Shown here: positions 1-8,389 of the stretch, piece by piece
How the letters are laid out: each line of letters starts with the position of its first letter
Numbering within the stretch: position 1 is the first letter of the stretch
DNA from: a virus
Reading direction: 5' to 3' (one strand)
IMG/VR virus record: IMGVR_UViG_3300050120_000213
Span: 35,511-99,510 of that record
DNA: 64,000 bases
Notes under the pieces: model-generated
Told to the model about the DNA's origin: nothing
The model's input: only the letters and a program-made list of their open reading frames with translations
Databases searched by the model: none
Translations under genes and position numbers: made by a program

Positions 1-444
1 GTGATACGCCTGTAACAGCATCGGGCCTGCTTCCGCGCCAAAGTCCATAATCTTGGTGCGATAATTCTGCAAGGTAATCCGATTAATTGTCCCCCGCAAG
101 ATATTAACAGCCGGTTCCCAGGCATTTTGATCGGCCTTTAGTACCTTGGTGGATTCAACATTCGCGTAGTTGATCTGGCTGTAAAAATATGCGTTCTCCA
201 AAATCTGCACATAGTAGCTAGCAGGTTCCGGGGTGGGTGCATCCATAACTTCAGGAAACATCTGGGAAAGCGTCTCAATCTGAGGCAAATTATGGTGCTT
301 TCGGACATGCTCATCCACCCACTGAAACACTGGGAGTTCGTTAGGTTTGAATAGTGCTGGTGTTAGCTTTGCTCTAAACCATTCTATTGATTGCTGTTGT
401 TCGCATAGGCGACGGATCGCCTTAAGGCCGCTGTTATACGACAT
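1..444 (-). CDS. probable replicative helicase (DnaB-like), N-terminal part; runs off the window
   Basis: Not in the ORF track. ATG at 444 opens a frame that is open to base 1 (MSYNSGLKAIRRLCEQQQSIEWFRAK...). It follows the initiator and DnaC-like genes; the catalytic domain is not visible. Confidence 0.5.
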   Translation of the reverse strand, partial: MSYNSGLKAIRRLCEQQQSIEWFRAKLTPALFKPNELPVFQWVDEHVRKHHNLPQIETLSQMFPEVMDAPTPEPASYYVQILENAYFYSQINYANVESTKVLKADQNAWEPAVNILRGTINRITLQNYRTKIMDFGAEAGPMLLQAYH

Positions 445-464
445 GTTCTTATTGCCCCGGTTTT

Positions 465-1016
465 TCAGGCTATGGTCTGAAAATGTTCTTTTATGTGTTC
501 CGCAAACACTGGCCCATATGCAAGCTTCAGCCCCTCCAGGGACTCCACACACACCACCGTGGGCTTGTTAGCGGTTAACCGATTTAATAAAACGTCATAT
601 ACCGACTGCACTTGCCATGCGGTCAGTTGTTTACCAAAGCTATTCAGATACAAGTTAGGTACCACTAATACGGTCGGCTCCATGGCTTCGACAGGGTGAC
701 TGACTATGGTATTCAACGAGATCACCCGGGCATCAATAAAATTGCGAACCAATGTCCCGGCAATCGCCATGCACCGGGTTTCTGCGTGATCAGCCCCGAC
801 GAGCGCCAGCCCGCCCAAGCCGTCTTTACGGCTGACATTAAAACTACGGACCCACTCAATTTCGCCGTCTTGGCAAAAACTTTTCATAGAATGACGGATG
901 AACGAAGCGGGGACATTGGCGATCTCGCAGACGCGTTCCATATCTGCAATGATTCGCCCATGCACCACTGGGTCTAACACCACCACCGGTGCGGTCGCTT
1001 TCACGGTCGCATTCAC
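465..1016 (-). CDS. DnaC/IstB-like helicase loader with degenerate ATPase motifs
   Basis: PTVLVVPNL...VYDVLLNRLTANKPTVV resembles the DnaC Walker B/sensor region. It lies between the initiator and the helicase. No GKT is present. Confidence 0.55.
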   Translation of the reverse strand: MNATVKATAPVVVLDPVVHGRIIADMERVCEIANVPASFIRHSMKSFCQDGEIEWVRSFNVSRKDGLGGLALVGADHAETRCMAIAGTLVRNFIDARVISLNTIVSHPVEAMEPTVLVVPNLYLNSFGKQLTAWQVQSVYDVLLNRLTANKPTVVCVESLEGLKLAYGPVFAEHIKEHFQTIA

Positions 1017-1019
1017 GAT

Positions 1020-2117
1020 TTATCCTTTTGACTTCACTAAAGCCATCATCTGCTCAAGGGCCGTCTGTTGTTGGGCTTCAGAAGCCAGATCAGGCGGGTG
1101 GGCAACAAGCTCCTTAATAGGATTATTAGAAGCTTGTGGCACTGTACCTGATTTAATCGGTTTCAGCGAGGTAGGTATGTTCGGTGGCGCACCATGTTTC
1201 TCTTTCTGCTCTGCAATCAATTGCAAAAGGATAGGGTAGTGGTTCCTGAAAAATTTCAAGGTGGGTTGGGTAGGGGGCTCCGCTACAGACTTTCTAATCT
1301 TGCACTCCCAGATAAACGTGCCCCAATCAGACAGGGCAAACAGCATACACTCTCGCGTTTTTTCTTCACCAATGTCCGCTTGAATATCTTTCAGCCAGCG
1401 CTGCTCTAATCTACTCATGGAGAGCTGCCTTACCCCAGTGAGTGCAGACATCTCATTCAACCAAGTAAATTGTAGAGGCTTACCCTGTTTTTTCTTCTCT
1501 GTAAGTCGCTTTAACACTTCTACGAGGTTTGTCATAGCTACATCAGAGGGTGTTGCCTCTGCCTCATTTTCATTCTGCCCTGAAAGCATTACCAGGGGTG
1601 GGGGGGTTTGTATTTCTGTGGCTGGTTTTTCAGCCACCAAAGAATCTTCTTTTAAATCTTTTCTTTTAATTAGGCATGTGGTCGTTATGCCCGAATCCAT
1701 CTGGGCGTTATGCCCGGTTGCAGCCGTACCAAGGGCGGCCATGAGTTCTTCTTTGATATCCTTTTCAATGATGCGTTCGATCACTGCTAGTACATCTATC
1801 CGAAGATGGGTCACCGGCTTACCCCGACTATTTTGATAAATAGCTTTGTGCAATAGCCCTTCGTCAGCGAGGCGTTTCATCGCGGTGCGAAGACTGCGCT
1901 CGGAGAGTCCGGTTTCCTCACACCACTCTTGGCGTGAACGCCCTACCCATTGTTGCCCATCGCGTTCAATCCATGCCCGCGTCTTACCGGCTTTAGATTG
2001 GGTGCCGTAATAGAGCAGTTGGGAAGCCAGCCGCCCTCCTTGCAGCCCAAACAGGGTATTGAGTTCGGAAAGAACGTAGCCGCCCCGGCGCTTACTTATT
2101 TCTGTCCAAGGGGTCAT
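1020..2117 (-). CDS. replication initiator protein (winged HTH)
   Basis: WVGRSRQEWCEETGLSERSLRTAMKRLADEGLL HTH typical of phage/plasmid Rep; upstream of the loader and helicase. Confidence 0.65.
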   Translation of the reverse strand: MTPWTEISKRRGGYVLSELNTLFGLQGGRLASQLLYYGTQSKAGKTRAWIERDGQQWVGRSRQEWCEETGLSERSLRTAMKRLADEGLLHKAIYQNSRGKPVTHLRIDVLAVIERIIEKDIKEELMAALGTAATGHNAQMDSGITTTCLIKRKDLKEDSLVAEKPATEIQTPPPLVMLSGQNENEAEATPSDVAMTNLVEVLKRLTEKKKQGKPLQFTWLNEMSALTGVRQLSMSRLEQRWLKDIQADIGEEKTRECMLFALSDWGTFIWECKIRKSVAEPPTQPTLKFFRNHYPILLQLIAEQKEKHGAPPNIPTSLKPIKSGTVPQASNNPIKELVAHPPDLASEAQQQTALEQMMALVKSKG

Positions 2118-2737
2118 TCTGCTTCCTCGTCAGCCATCTCGGCGTAGAGTTCTTCTATCAGGGTATTTTTTGGCACCTCTCCAAATTCGAACCTAGCTTC
2201 GGTCGCATCTTTGATAGCTGCGCTTATCCACTCTTTATCAAATTCCGTAAGCCCACCATCTAGTAAAGCCATAGCGTCCCCCATAATATGGGCTACTAAT
2301 TCCTCAAACATTGACCCATTCTTGCCCTCAACTGCCCCAAATTCTGGGTGCACCATATAAACGGTATGCTTGCCGGGAGTGCCACATAGAAAGTAAGCGT
2401 GTGGGAATTTGCCTAGTGCTGCGATGGCTTGTAATTTTTTTATTTCTTCATCGGATGGGGGGGCAGGCTTTATTTCTACAAATAAAAAATCCCAACACCC
2501 TAAAGGAATCTGTGCCTTGTACACCCAACCAACACTCCAAGTCTCTGTGTACTCCGGTGGATACCTATTTGATATTTTAAAGTCAGGCAGATAGCAACTA
2601 CTATCAGATAGTTTGTATCCTTCGTCTTCGTACACCCATTTGATGTCGCCTAGCGACTCAAAAAACACAGCCCAACGGGCTTCGAGCCGTGAGCGGAAAC
2701 GGTAACCTTTATATTTAGTTTCTATGGCTGTGACCAC
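2114..2737 (-). CDS. PD-(D/E)XK nuclease-family phage protein
   Basis: FRSRLEARWAVFF...YLPDF...FVEIK. Start reassigned to GTG at 2737 behind an AGGAG RBS. Confidence 0.7.
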   Translation of the reverse strand: MVTAIETKYKGYRFRSRLEARWAVFFESLGDIKWVYEDEGYKLSDSSCYLPDFKISNRYPPEYTETWSVGWVYKAQIPLGCWDFLFVEIKPAPPSDEEIKKLQAIAALGKFPHAYFLCGTPGKHTVYMVHPEFGAVEGKNGSMFEELVAHIMGDAMALLDGGLTEFDKEWISAAIKDATEARFEFGEVPKNTLIEELYAEMADEEAE

Positions 2738-2753
2738 AACAAGACTCCTAACG

Positions 2754-2867
2754 AAAAAAGTCCCACCTGCTCGCTCCCTCTCATTGTTTAGAGAGGGTTG
2801 GCCGACACGGACCAAAGAACCGTGCAGCGAGCATGTGGGACTTCCTTTGGGTTTTCCTAACGGCCAA
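2754..2867 (-). ncRNA. structured leader RNA (attenuator- or C4/CI-like) upstream of the replication operon
   Basis: Stems 2758-2766/2835-2843 and 2768-2775/2826-2833; hairpins 2776-2797 and 2806-2824; alternative pairings 2798-2804/2861-2867 and 2812-2817/2845-2850; followed by a U-tract. Confidence 0.6.
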
Positions 2868-2889
2868 GCTAGGCTGTACTGAGGTTTCC

Positions 2890-2917
2890 AGTATAGCACA
2901 CCCGTTAAGGAATGCAA
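2890..2917 (-). promoter_or_regulatory. sigma70 promoter
   Basis: TTGCAT-16-TATACT with TG extension. Confidence 0.7.
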
Positions 2918-2926
2918 TAGGGTTGT

Positions 2927-3454
2927 TTAGGCTGCAACAGCCCCGGCAGTGAAGTTCGGCAGTGCTACAGGCGGCGTAAACGGCAGTTGCGGGCGCTTGC
3001 CGCCCCGAGTCGGGTGTAGCGCACTGGCGACCTTAGCGCGCAGCGCACGCGGCATTTCGAAGGCGGACTGTACACCTTCAGCGGGGCATACCGTGACGTT
3101 GCGGGTTTGCTCCAGCGCGGCCAGCAATTTTTCCACGCCCTTACGGGAGGTGTAATAGCGCTGGTACCCCGCCGATTCCTTGTGGCGCGAAAGGAAGTCC
3201 CTGGCGTCGTACTTGTCTTCCAGACCGGCCTTGGTAAAACCCCAGTCTTCGAACTTGCCGTACATCTTGACCTTGTAACTATCCTGGCCGAACTTGCCGA
3301 TCACGATGGCTTGGTAGTCATCAGCGCTGGTTTTCGTGGCCGCGATCAGGTAGAACAATTCGTGTGATAGCCCGTCGATAAATACCGGGTGAGTTGACAG
3401 CCCCGCCGCCCATGCGCCCTGTTTTTCGAACAAGGGCTTTTTTGCTTTTGCCAT
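2927..3454 (-). CDS. hypothetical protein
   Basis: 175-aa ORF with RBS, on the coding strand. Confidence 0.7.
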   Translation of the reverse strand: MAKAKKPLFEKQGAWAAGLSTHPVFIDGLSHELFYLIAATKTSADDYQAIVIGKFGQDSYKVKMYGKFEDWGFTKAGLEDKYDARDFLSRHKESAGYQRYYTSRKGVEKLLAALEQTRNVTVCPAEGVQSAFEMPRALRAKVASALHPTRGGKRPQLPFTPPVALPNFTAGAVAA

Positions 3455-3529
3455 GTCGTTCTCTCTTGTTAGGTAATGACGGAAAGCCCGTCCTACTGCC
3501 CTCTACAAGAAAGGGCAGTGAGCCGAGTC

Positions 3530-3715
3530 CTACCGGAAGTGCTTCTCGTAAATCTGGTCAAGTACGTCTAGTTGCTTATCGGTCAAGTCACCGATCTTTT
3601 CAGCCAGCGCCGCCCGCTCTACCGATTCCATGAACTGCTTTTCCCAGTTCGTCAGATCGTGGGGCGTGAGCGACCGGCACTTTTCGACTTTTTTGTTGGT
3701 CGATAGCAACTCCAT
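3530..3715 (-). CDS. hypothetical phage protein
   Basis: 61 aa, LTNWEKQFMESV...LTDKQLDVLDQIY; abuts the upstream gene. Confidence 0.65.
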   Translation of the reverse strand: MELLSTNKKVEKCRSLTPHDLTNWEKQFMESVERAALAEKIGDLTDKQLDVLDQIYEKHFR

Positions 3716-3716
3716 T

Positions 3717-4298
3717 TCAGGCCCCTTCCTCGTCGTCGGATTCGCTGGGCGGCGTGGGGTTCTGGCCGTACTTGGAGTAGTCGATCTGCGTTTCTTTGGC
3801 GGCGTACTCGCCCAGGGGTTTCAACGCCAGCGGGTAGTACTTGGCGTCTGCAGTGGCCGTGTTACCAAAGAACTGGTTGAATATGTCCGACGAGTTATTG
3901 AAGGTCGGCACAATTGCGGCGGCCTCCAGCGTTTCATCGAGCCACTTTTGCAAGACCGGGAGTTGAGTCTCCAAATAGGCCGACAGTTCGAAGCTGGACA
4001 AATTTTCACCCAGCACAACCATGATTTTGTTCAAACGGTGGCCGGGATGTATCGGCAACTTGCCGGTGGGCTTTTCGTTGAAGGCCACCAGGAAACTACC
4101 GCCGTGCCGTGATTTGAACGGGCTACCTTCCGGGGGATCATTCAAGCAGGCCAGCGCCAAAATCAACGACACTTTATTTTCCTTGCCGCTGATTTCAACG
4201 TTCAGGCCATAAATCGTTTCGCCCTGTACGCCGACCACGCTATAGATGCGGCTTTCGCCTCGGAACATGTACGGAATTGCGTTTTGTGCATCAGACAT
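3717..4298 (-). CDS. hypothetical protein (early cassette)
   Basis: ATG after an AATGGAGT RBS, with its own promoter. Confidence 0.7.
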   Translation of the reverse strand: MSDAQNAIPYMFRGESRIYSVVGVQGETIYGLNVEISGKENKVSLILALACLNDPPEGSPFKSRHGGSFLVAFNEKPTGKLPIHPGHRLNKIMVVLGENLSSFELSAYLETQLPVLQKWLDETLEAAAIVPTFNNSSDIFNQFFGNTATADAKYYPLALKPLGEYAAKETQIDYSKYGQNPTPPSESDDEEGA

Positions 4299-4337
4299 TT
4301 TAAACACTCCATTGAGTAAAAAGATGTTTCAGGGGTA

Positions 4338-4365
4338 AGAATAGCACTTATTGCTAGTTTGTCAA
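4338..4365 (-). promoter_or_regulatory. sigma70 promoter
   Basis: TTGACA-16-TATTCT, TG extension. Confidence 0.75.
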
Positions 4366-4426
4366 AGATATTTTTGCAATCAATTGCAATTTCTTCTTCA
4401 AGGGGCTAGGGGCCAATCCTCTGGTT

Positions 4427-4930
4427 TTATTTTAACCACCCCCAGTTCTTTTTTAGGTGTATGCCAAGTACAGTACTACGTGTCACACCGTATATTTCTG
4501 CAATTTTTGACTGTGGCATTTTTGTAAGTAGTAGCTTACGGATTTCTACCACATCTTTAGGAGAAAGTTTTGCCATACCATGCCTAGCGCCCCTACGTAT
4601 TCTGCCATTTCTAATGGCGTCATCTAAGTTATCTTTCCTGCCACCATACCGTAAATTACCAGGGGTGTTATTAGTGGGGGTGTCATCCCAATGCAGAACC
4701 ATTCTGCCATTCCTAGGGCCAATAAAAGCCTCCGCCACCAAAACCGAAACAAGCTTATGCCTACGCTTATTATGTTTGTACAAACTTACTTGTGGGCGTC
4801 CCCCATCTTTTATACTCGTGGCTATTATTCCTCCTGGGGTACAGGGGCGTGGAAGTGAACGAACTCGACCCTGGTTAGACACCTCATATAGCCCTTCATA
4901 ACCCTCTATAGGCAACCAATTTTCAATCAT
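4427..4930 (-). CDS. NUMOD4-HNH homing endonuclease
   Basis: ENWLPIEGYEGLYEVSNQGRVRS (NUMOD4), VLHWDDTPTNNTPGNL (HNH), C-terminal HTH; AT-rich. Confidence 0.9.
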   Translation of the reverse strand: MIENWLPIEGYEGLYEVSNQGRVRSLPRPCTPGGIIATSIKDGGRPQVSLYKHNKRRHKLVSVLVAEAFIGPRNGRMVLHWDDTPTNNTPGNLRYGGRKDNLDDAIRNGRIRRGARHGMAKLSPKDVVEIRKLLLTKMPQSKIAEIYGVTRSTVLGIHLKKNWGWLK

Positions 4931-5256
4931 ATGCCGAGCGCCACACAGCGTTTATGGAAGTTAACCAAAAGTGACCTAATACCGAACCACCCAGAGCCTT
5001 TGTAGGTGTCAGCGGCTGCGCCAGCTTCTTCTAACAATTGCTGATCGTTGCCAGGGTATTGGTACTTCTTGGGGTCGCGCTTCATCAGCGTCATAAGGGC
5101 TTCCCTCAGATAGAACGGGTCAGGGTTTCTCTTGACTAAAAAAAGTCGTTCTTCGTGTGGCAAGCGCACAAAAAAATCCCAACAGTCTTGAGATTCCTTA
5201 AGGTCTGTCACCTTCTGCTCTAACTCTCGCAGACGTAGTTCTTGTTCGGGGGTCAT
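4927..5256 (-). CDS. hypothetical protein
   Basis: ORF overlapping both neighbours by 4 bp. Confidence 0.6.
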   Translation of the reverse strand: MTPEQELRLRELEQKVTDLKESQDCWDFFVRLPHEERLFLVKRNPDPFYLREALMTLMKRDPKKYQYPGNDQQLLEEAGAAADTYKGSGWFGIRSLLVNFHKRCVALGI

Positions 5257-6434
5257 AATTTTAACCAATTACCTTTTTTGATCGCATCGTACACGATATC
5301 GGCCACTTCACTATGGGCCAACTCCGCCTTGCCCGTGGCTTCAATTGCCTCACGCAATTTATTCTGTACCGCCATGGCGGGGGCGTGGCCCGAAATGTCT
5401 TTGAACACTTCCAAACAAAATTGCTTGGCGTCTTTCAACGACAGTTTGGGTAAGTGCAATACCATATCCAAGCGCCCCGCCCGATACAGTTCCGGGGGAA
5501 TTTTTTCTATGGCGTTGGTGGTCATGACAGTAAGTACCCGACTACGGTGCTCATTAAGCCACCACAGCAACGTGCTGAGTATCCGGGTAATCACCCCCGT
5601 GTCATCAGAGTGATTGAAGATCTTTTCGATCTCATCCAGCAGAATCACGCACGGACTTTCCTGTTCGGCCAGGATTAGGCTGCGCTGCACGCGGTTTTCT
5701 GATTCACCGATGTAGCGGTTGAGCGCTTGAGAAATATCAAGACGGTAAAGTGGGGTGCCTAAGCGCCGCGCTACCGCACGGGCCGCCATCGTCTTACCTA
5801 CTCCCGGGGGGCCAGCCAGCATCACGCCGCGTGGCACCAGCTTATGGGGAGTGTTTTCAGATTCGAAGAATTTCTGATTCACCGTGAGCCATTCTTCTAG
5901 CTTAGGCGGCCACACGTAAAAATCGTCGGAATCGGTGTCTAACGGAATTAACCCCTGAATTCCCCCCGTCAACGACAGGCGGGTTTTACGCACTTCGTGC
6001 GGGAGTAGTCCACTGGTGCGGGCAATCGTCAGATCCACCACTTCACTGGCAGTCTTTAGCGATAGCCCCTTCAGAATCTTTATTAGCGCTTCACGCTGGC
6101 TGGCCTGTGTGAAGGGCTTCAGGTAGTCATGCAGCATGTCGGGTGGCGCTGGCAACATACCACCATCAAACATCAGGCTGGAGGGCTTGGAGGGATTGAT
6201 CACCACCAAACTAGCTTGGGCCTTCTTGAGCCTCTGATAGCTGTGTAGGGTTGCTACCTTTTCATCCAGCGTCCAGTAGACGTTGGGAAGTACCACGCCC
6301 TTGTCACCAACGTTGCCCCAGTCGTGAACTTTCTTGGGGCCTGCAATTGATTGCAAAACTTCCTCGCAATGCACCAGATCATCGGTAGTGCAGGAGATGA
6401 GGGGGATACGGGCTTTTATCGCGTCGTGAAGCAT
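5253..6434 (-). CDS. AAA+ ATPase (Ycf46/SpoVK-like)
   Basis: Walker A GPPGVGKT, Walker B ILLDEIEK, SRH TTN...RAGRLD. Confidence 0.9.
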   Translation of the reverse strand: MLHDAIKARIPLISCTTDDLVHCEEVLQSIAGPKKVHDWGNVGDKGVVLPNVYWTLDEKVATLHSYQRLKKAQASLVVINPSKPSSLMFDGGMLPAPPDMLHDYLKPFTQASQREALIKILKGLSLKTASEVVDLTIARTSGLLPHEVRKTRLSLTGGIQGLIPLDTDSDDFYVWPPKLEEWLTVNQKFFESENTPHKLVPRGVMLAGPPGVGKTMAARAVARRLGTPLYRLDISQALNRYIGESENRVQRSLILAEQESPCVILLDEIEKIFNHSDDTGVITRILSTLLWWLNEHRSRVLTVMTTNAIEKIPPELYRAGRLDMVLHLPKLSLKDAKQFCLEVFKDISGHAPAMAVQNKLREAIEATGKAELAHSEVADIVYDAIKKGNWLKL

Positions 6435-6446
6435 GGGTATCCATGT

Positions 6447-6464
6447 AAAAGCCCCTTGCGGGGC
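6447..6464 (-). terminator. intrinsic terminator
   Basis: GCCCC-GCAA-GGGGC followed by TTTT on the minus strand. Confidence 0.65.
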
Positions 6465-6469
6465 AGAAA

Positions 6470-6646
6470 TTACTTCGCTTTACGACGATACAACTCGGTC
6501 GCGGCGTCGTTGATTTGGTCAAGGTATTTGCACTCAGCTTGCTCGTTGCCTAGCTCGCGTGCGCAGGTTGCGGCCTCGTGGGCATCGCTCATGATATAGC
6601 GAAGCTCGGCTTCTGATTTGGCACGCATCATTTGAAGGTTGGTCAT
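6470..6646 (-). CDS. hypothetical protein (early cassette)
   Basis: AATGGAGT RBS and a consensus promoter. Confidence 0.7.
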   Translation of the reverse strand: MTNLQMMRAKSEAELRYIMSDAHEAATCARELGNEQAECKYLDQINDAATELYRRKAK

Positions 6647-6678
6647 GTCGCACTCCATTGCGGTTTGGGTATGAGTTA

Positions 6679-6706
6679 ATTATAACCCATTTTATCGCTT
6701 TGTCAA
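6679..6706 (-). promoter_or_regulatory. sigma70 promoter
   Basis: TTGACA-16-TATAAT. Confidence 0.85.
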
Positions 6707-6710
6707 AGGA

Positions 6711-6791
6711 TTAATACGGCCACAGCACAATAAAAGCCGCCCCACAGAGCGTAACCGCGAATCCTATGGTCATCCAAAAGAGCTTATCCAT
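6711..6791 (-). CDS. small membrane peptide (26 aa)
   Basis: MDKLFWMTIGFAVTLCGAAFIVLWPY*, GAGG RBS; below the ORF-track cutoff. Confidence 0.5.
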   Translation of the reverse strand: MDKLFWMTIGFAVTLCGAAFIVLWPY

Positions 6792-6811
6792 GCTGAGACC
6801 TCAGAGGATTT

Positions 6812-6938
6812 CCCTTCATGGAGGGGCGCAGACTAAAGCTGTCAACTCGTGATGGAGCACGAGGATCGCTCTATACCGTTGCGGCGAGCGCCGCAGGGTG
6901 TCTACGCCCTTTCACGAAGGGGCTGGGATTGCCCCAAC
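6812..6938 (-). ncRNA. putative structured small RNA
   Basis: Own promoter; stems 6812-6820/6913-6921 and 6824-6833/6900-6909; hairpins 6846-6863, 6880-6895 and 6922-6938. Confidence 0.6.
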
Positions 6939-6944
6939 AAATTC

Positions 6945-6972
6945 AGTATATCGCATTTGCGGCAATTGTCAA
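6945..6972 (-). promoter_or_regulatory. sigma70 promoter
   Basis: TTGACA-16-TATACT. Confidence 0.8.
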
Positions 6973-6978
6973 AAGAAT

Positions 6979-7452
6979 TTACACCGTTGCTGGGGGAATT
7001 ACGTCAAGAGCCTGTAGGCCGTGTTGCGCAATGATCTCACCGATCTTCTGCCCATATAGCGGGTCCGTCGCGTAATTAGCAGCGGCCACCGCGTTGGCGA
7101 AGCTAGGACCATCTGTACAAGCGAAGGCCGGGGCATAACGTGGGTTGGTAATCAGGAACTGTGCGTGATCATTCAGGCTGGCGAGCCACGTGCTGTACTT
7201 ACGAAACAGCGCTGGCTCCATCACCCAATGGCCTTTAAGAAACTCCCGAGTTTGGATCGCATACGTAGGTCCGGTCCAACTCGGGTCCGCCTTTACCCCA
7301 AACAAGTTCATTGCAGCTTGGGTCAGTTGCGAACCCCCCCACCCGCTCTCTAGCGCAGCATCAGCAATAACAAAACTGGCCGGGATGTTGGTGGCGGCCA
7401 TGGACTGCTGAGCCGGGGCCGTCAACATCTGAATGAAAAATTGCGGGGTCAT
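6979..7452 (-). CDS. endolysin, GH73 glucosaminidase (FlgJ-like)
   Basis: IADAALESGWG, NLFGVKA, YATDPLY; start MTPQFF after a GGAG RBS. Confidence 0.9.
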   Translation of the reverse strand: MTPQFFIQMLTAPAQQSMAATNIPASFVIADAALESGWGGSQLTQAAMNLFGVKADPSWTGPTYAIQTREFLKGHWVMEPALFRKYSTWLASLNDHAQFLITNPRYAPAFACTDGPSFANAVAAANYATDPLYGQKIGEIIAQHGLQALDVIPPATV

Positions 7453-7482
7453 CGCCACTCCTAGTTTTGCAATCAATTGCAA

Positions 7483-7971
7483 TTAGCGCTTGGTGCTGCC
7501 GCTCCACCACAGCCATTTGTCTTGTGTTGGGGTAGGCACAACGGGGGGTGCTTTTACTGTTGAGGCAGTTTCTGCTACTTTTGCAGACAAATAATCAGTT
7601 TTTGCTGAATTGATCTTAGCTTCCTTTAAAGCGTCTTGAGCAACAGCCTGGGCCTTATCTACAGTAGCGGCGTGCTTATCAACCTTACTCGATAAGCCAC
7701 CAACCTTTTCCGTTAGGGCTGTCACAGCTAGACTTAGGGTATCCAGTTCCCTATCGGACCTCGATAATTCTTGCTGGCTATGGGCATCCTGATCACTCAA
7801 ACGCTTCTCATAATCTGAGCGTAAATCTGAAATCGTCTTGGCATTGTGTTGTTCTGTTATAGACGCTCCTGTGTATAGGCCGGTGATACCGCTACACAGA
7901 CCAGACATCACGATCACAGTAACCCATAGCCATGGGCGGCAATCCAGAGTCTTAGTGGAAGGGGTAGACAT
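7483..7971 (-). CDS. putative i-spanin/Rz-like membrane-anchored coiled-coil protein
   Basis: N-terminal TM, coiled coil, in the lysis cassette. Confidence 0.5.
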   Translation of the reverse strand: MSTPSTKTLDCRPWLWVTVIVMSGLCSGITGLYTGASITEQHNAKTISDLRSDYEKRLSDQDAHSQQELSRSDRELDTLSLAVTALTEKVGGLSSKVDKHAATVDKAQAVAQDALKEAKINSAKTDYLSAKVAETASTVKAPPVVPTPTQDKWLWWSGSTKR

Positions 7972-7984
7972 AGGGGGTTCCTTG

Positions 7985-8140
7985 TTACCGAAGCACGTCT
8001 AACAAACGAAGTATCATCGGCAAATTAAAATTATGGGTTTCAGCAGCGAAAAATAAATGTAGCCCATTCGCTGCAAAGAGAAACAGTATAAATAGGGTTA
8101 CCACCCAGCATTCTTTACACTCACGTATAAATTGTCTCAT
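7985..8140 (-). CDS. small membrane protein (holin/antiholin candidate, 51 aa)
   Basis: MRQFIRECKECWVVTLFILFLFAANGLHLFF...; ATGA overlap with the upstream gene. Confidence 0.55.
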   Translation of the reverse strand: MRQFIRECKECWVVTLFILFLFAANGLHLFFAAETHNFNLPMILRLLDVLR

Positions 8141-8343
8141 TTCAAACCCAAATGGCCGATTAAGGAAATGATTACCGAAGTCAAGATGATTCCGGTTAAT
8201 CCGTATGTAATAAGCTTTACGGGGATGAATTCTTCGCGGGTGACTAGCGTATCAACGGTATTGGACAAATTCTCATAATTCGCTTCCAACGTTGCTAGTC
8301 TTTCTCGCTCGCTCGGTTGCTGCTGGTACCCAGGCACGGTCAA
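8137..8343 (-). CDS. putative holin
   Basis: RLATLE coiled coil plus C-terminal TM, in the lysis cassette. Confidence 0.55.
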   Translation of the reverse strand: MTVPGYQQQPSERERLATLEANYENLSNTVDTLVTREEFIPVKLITYGLTGIILTSVIISLIGHLGLK

Positions 8344-8389
8344 ACCCCTATAAAAATAATGAATTCTTTTGCAAAAAACTCCCTTCTAA

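Noticed and set aside
2738-2917. N-terminal 60-aa extension of the 2114-2917 ORF
   Set aside because: It spans the promoter and structured leader; a good RBS precedes the GTG at 2737
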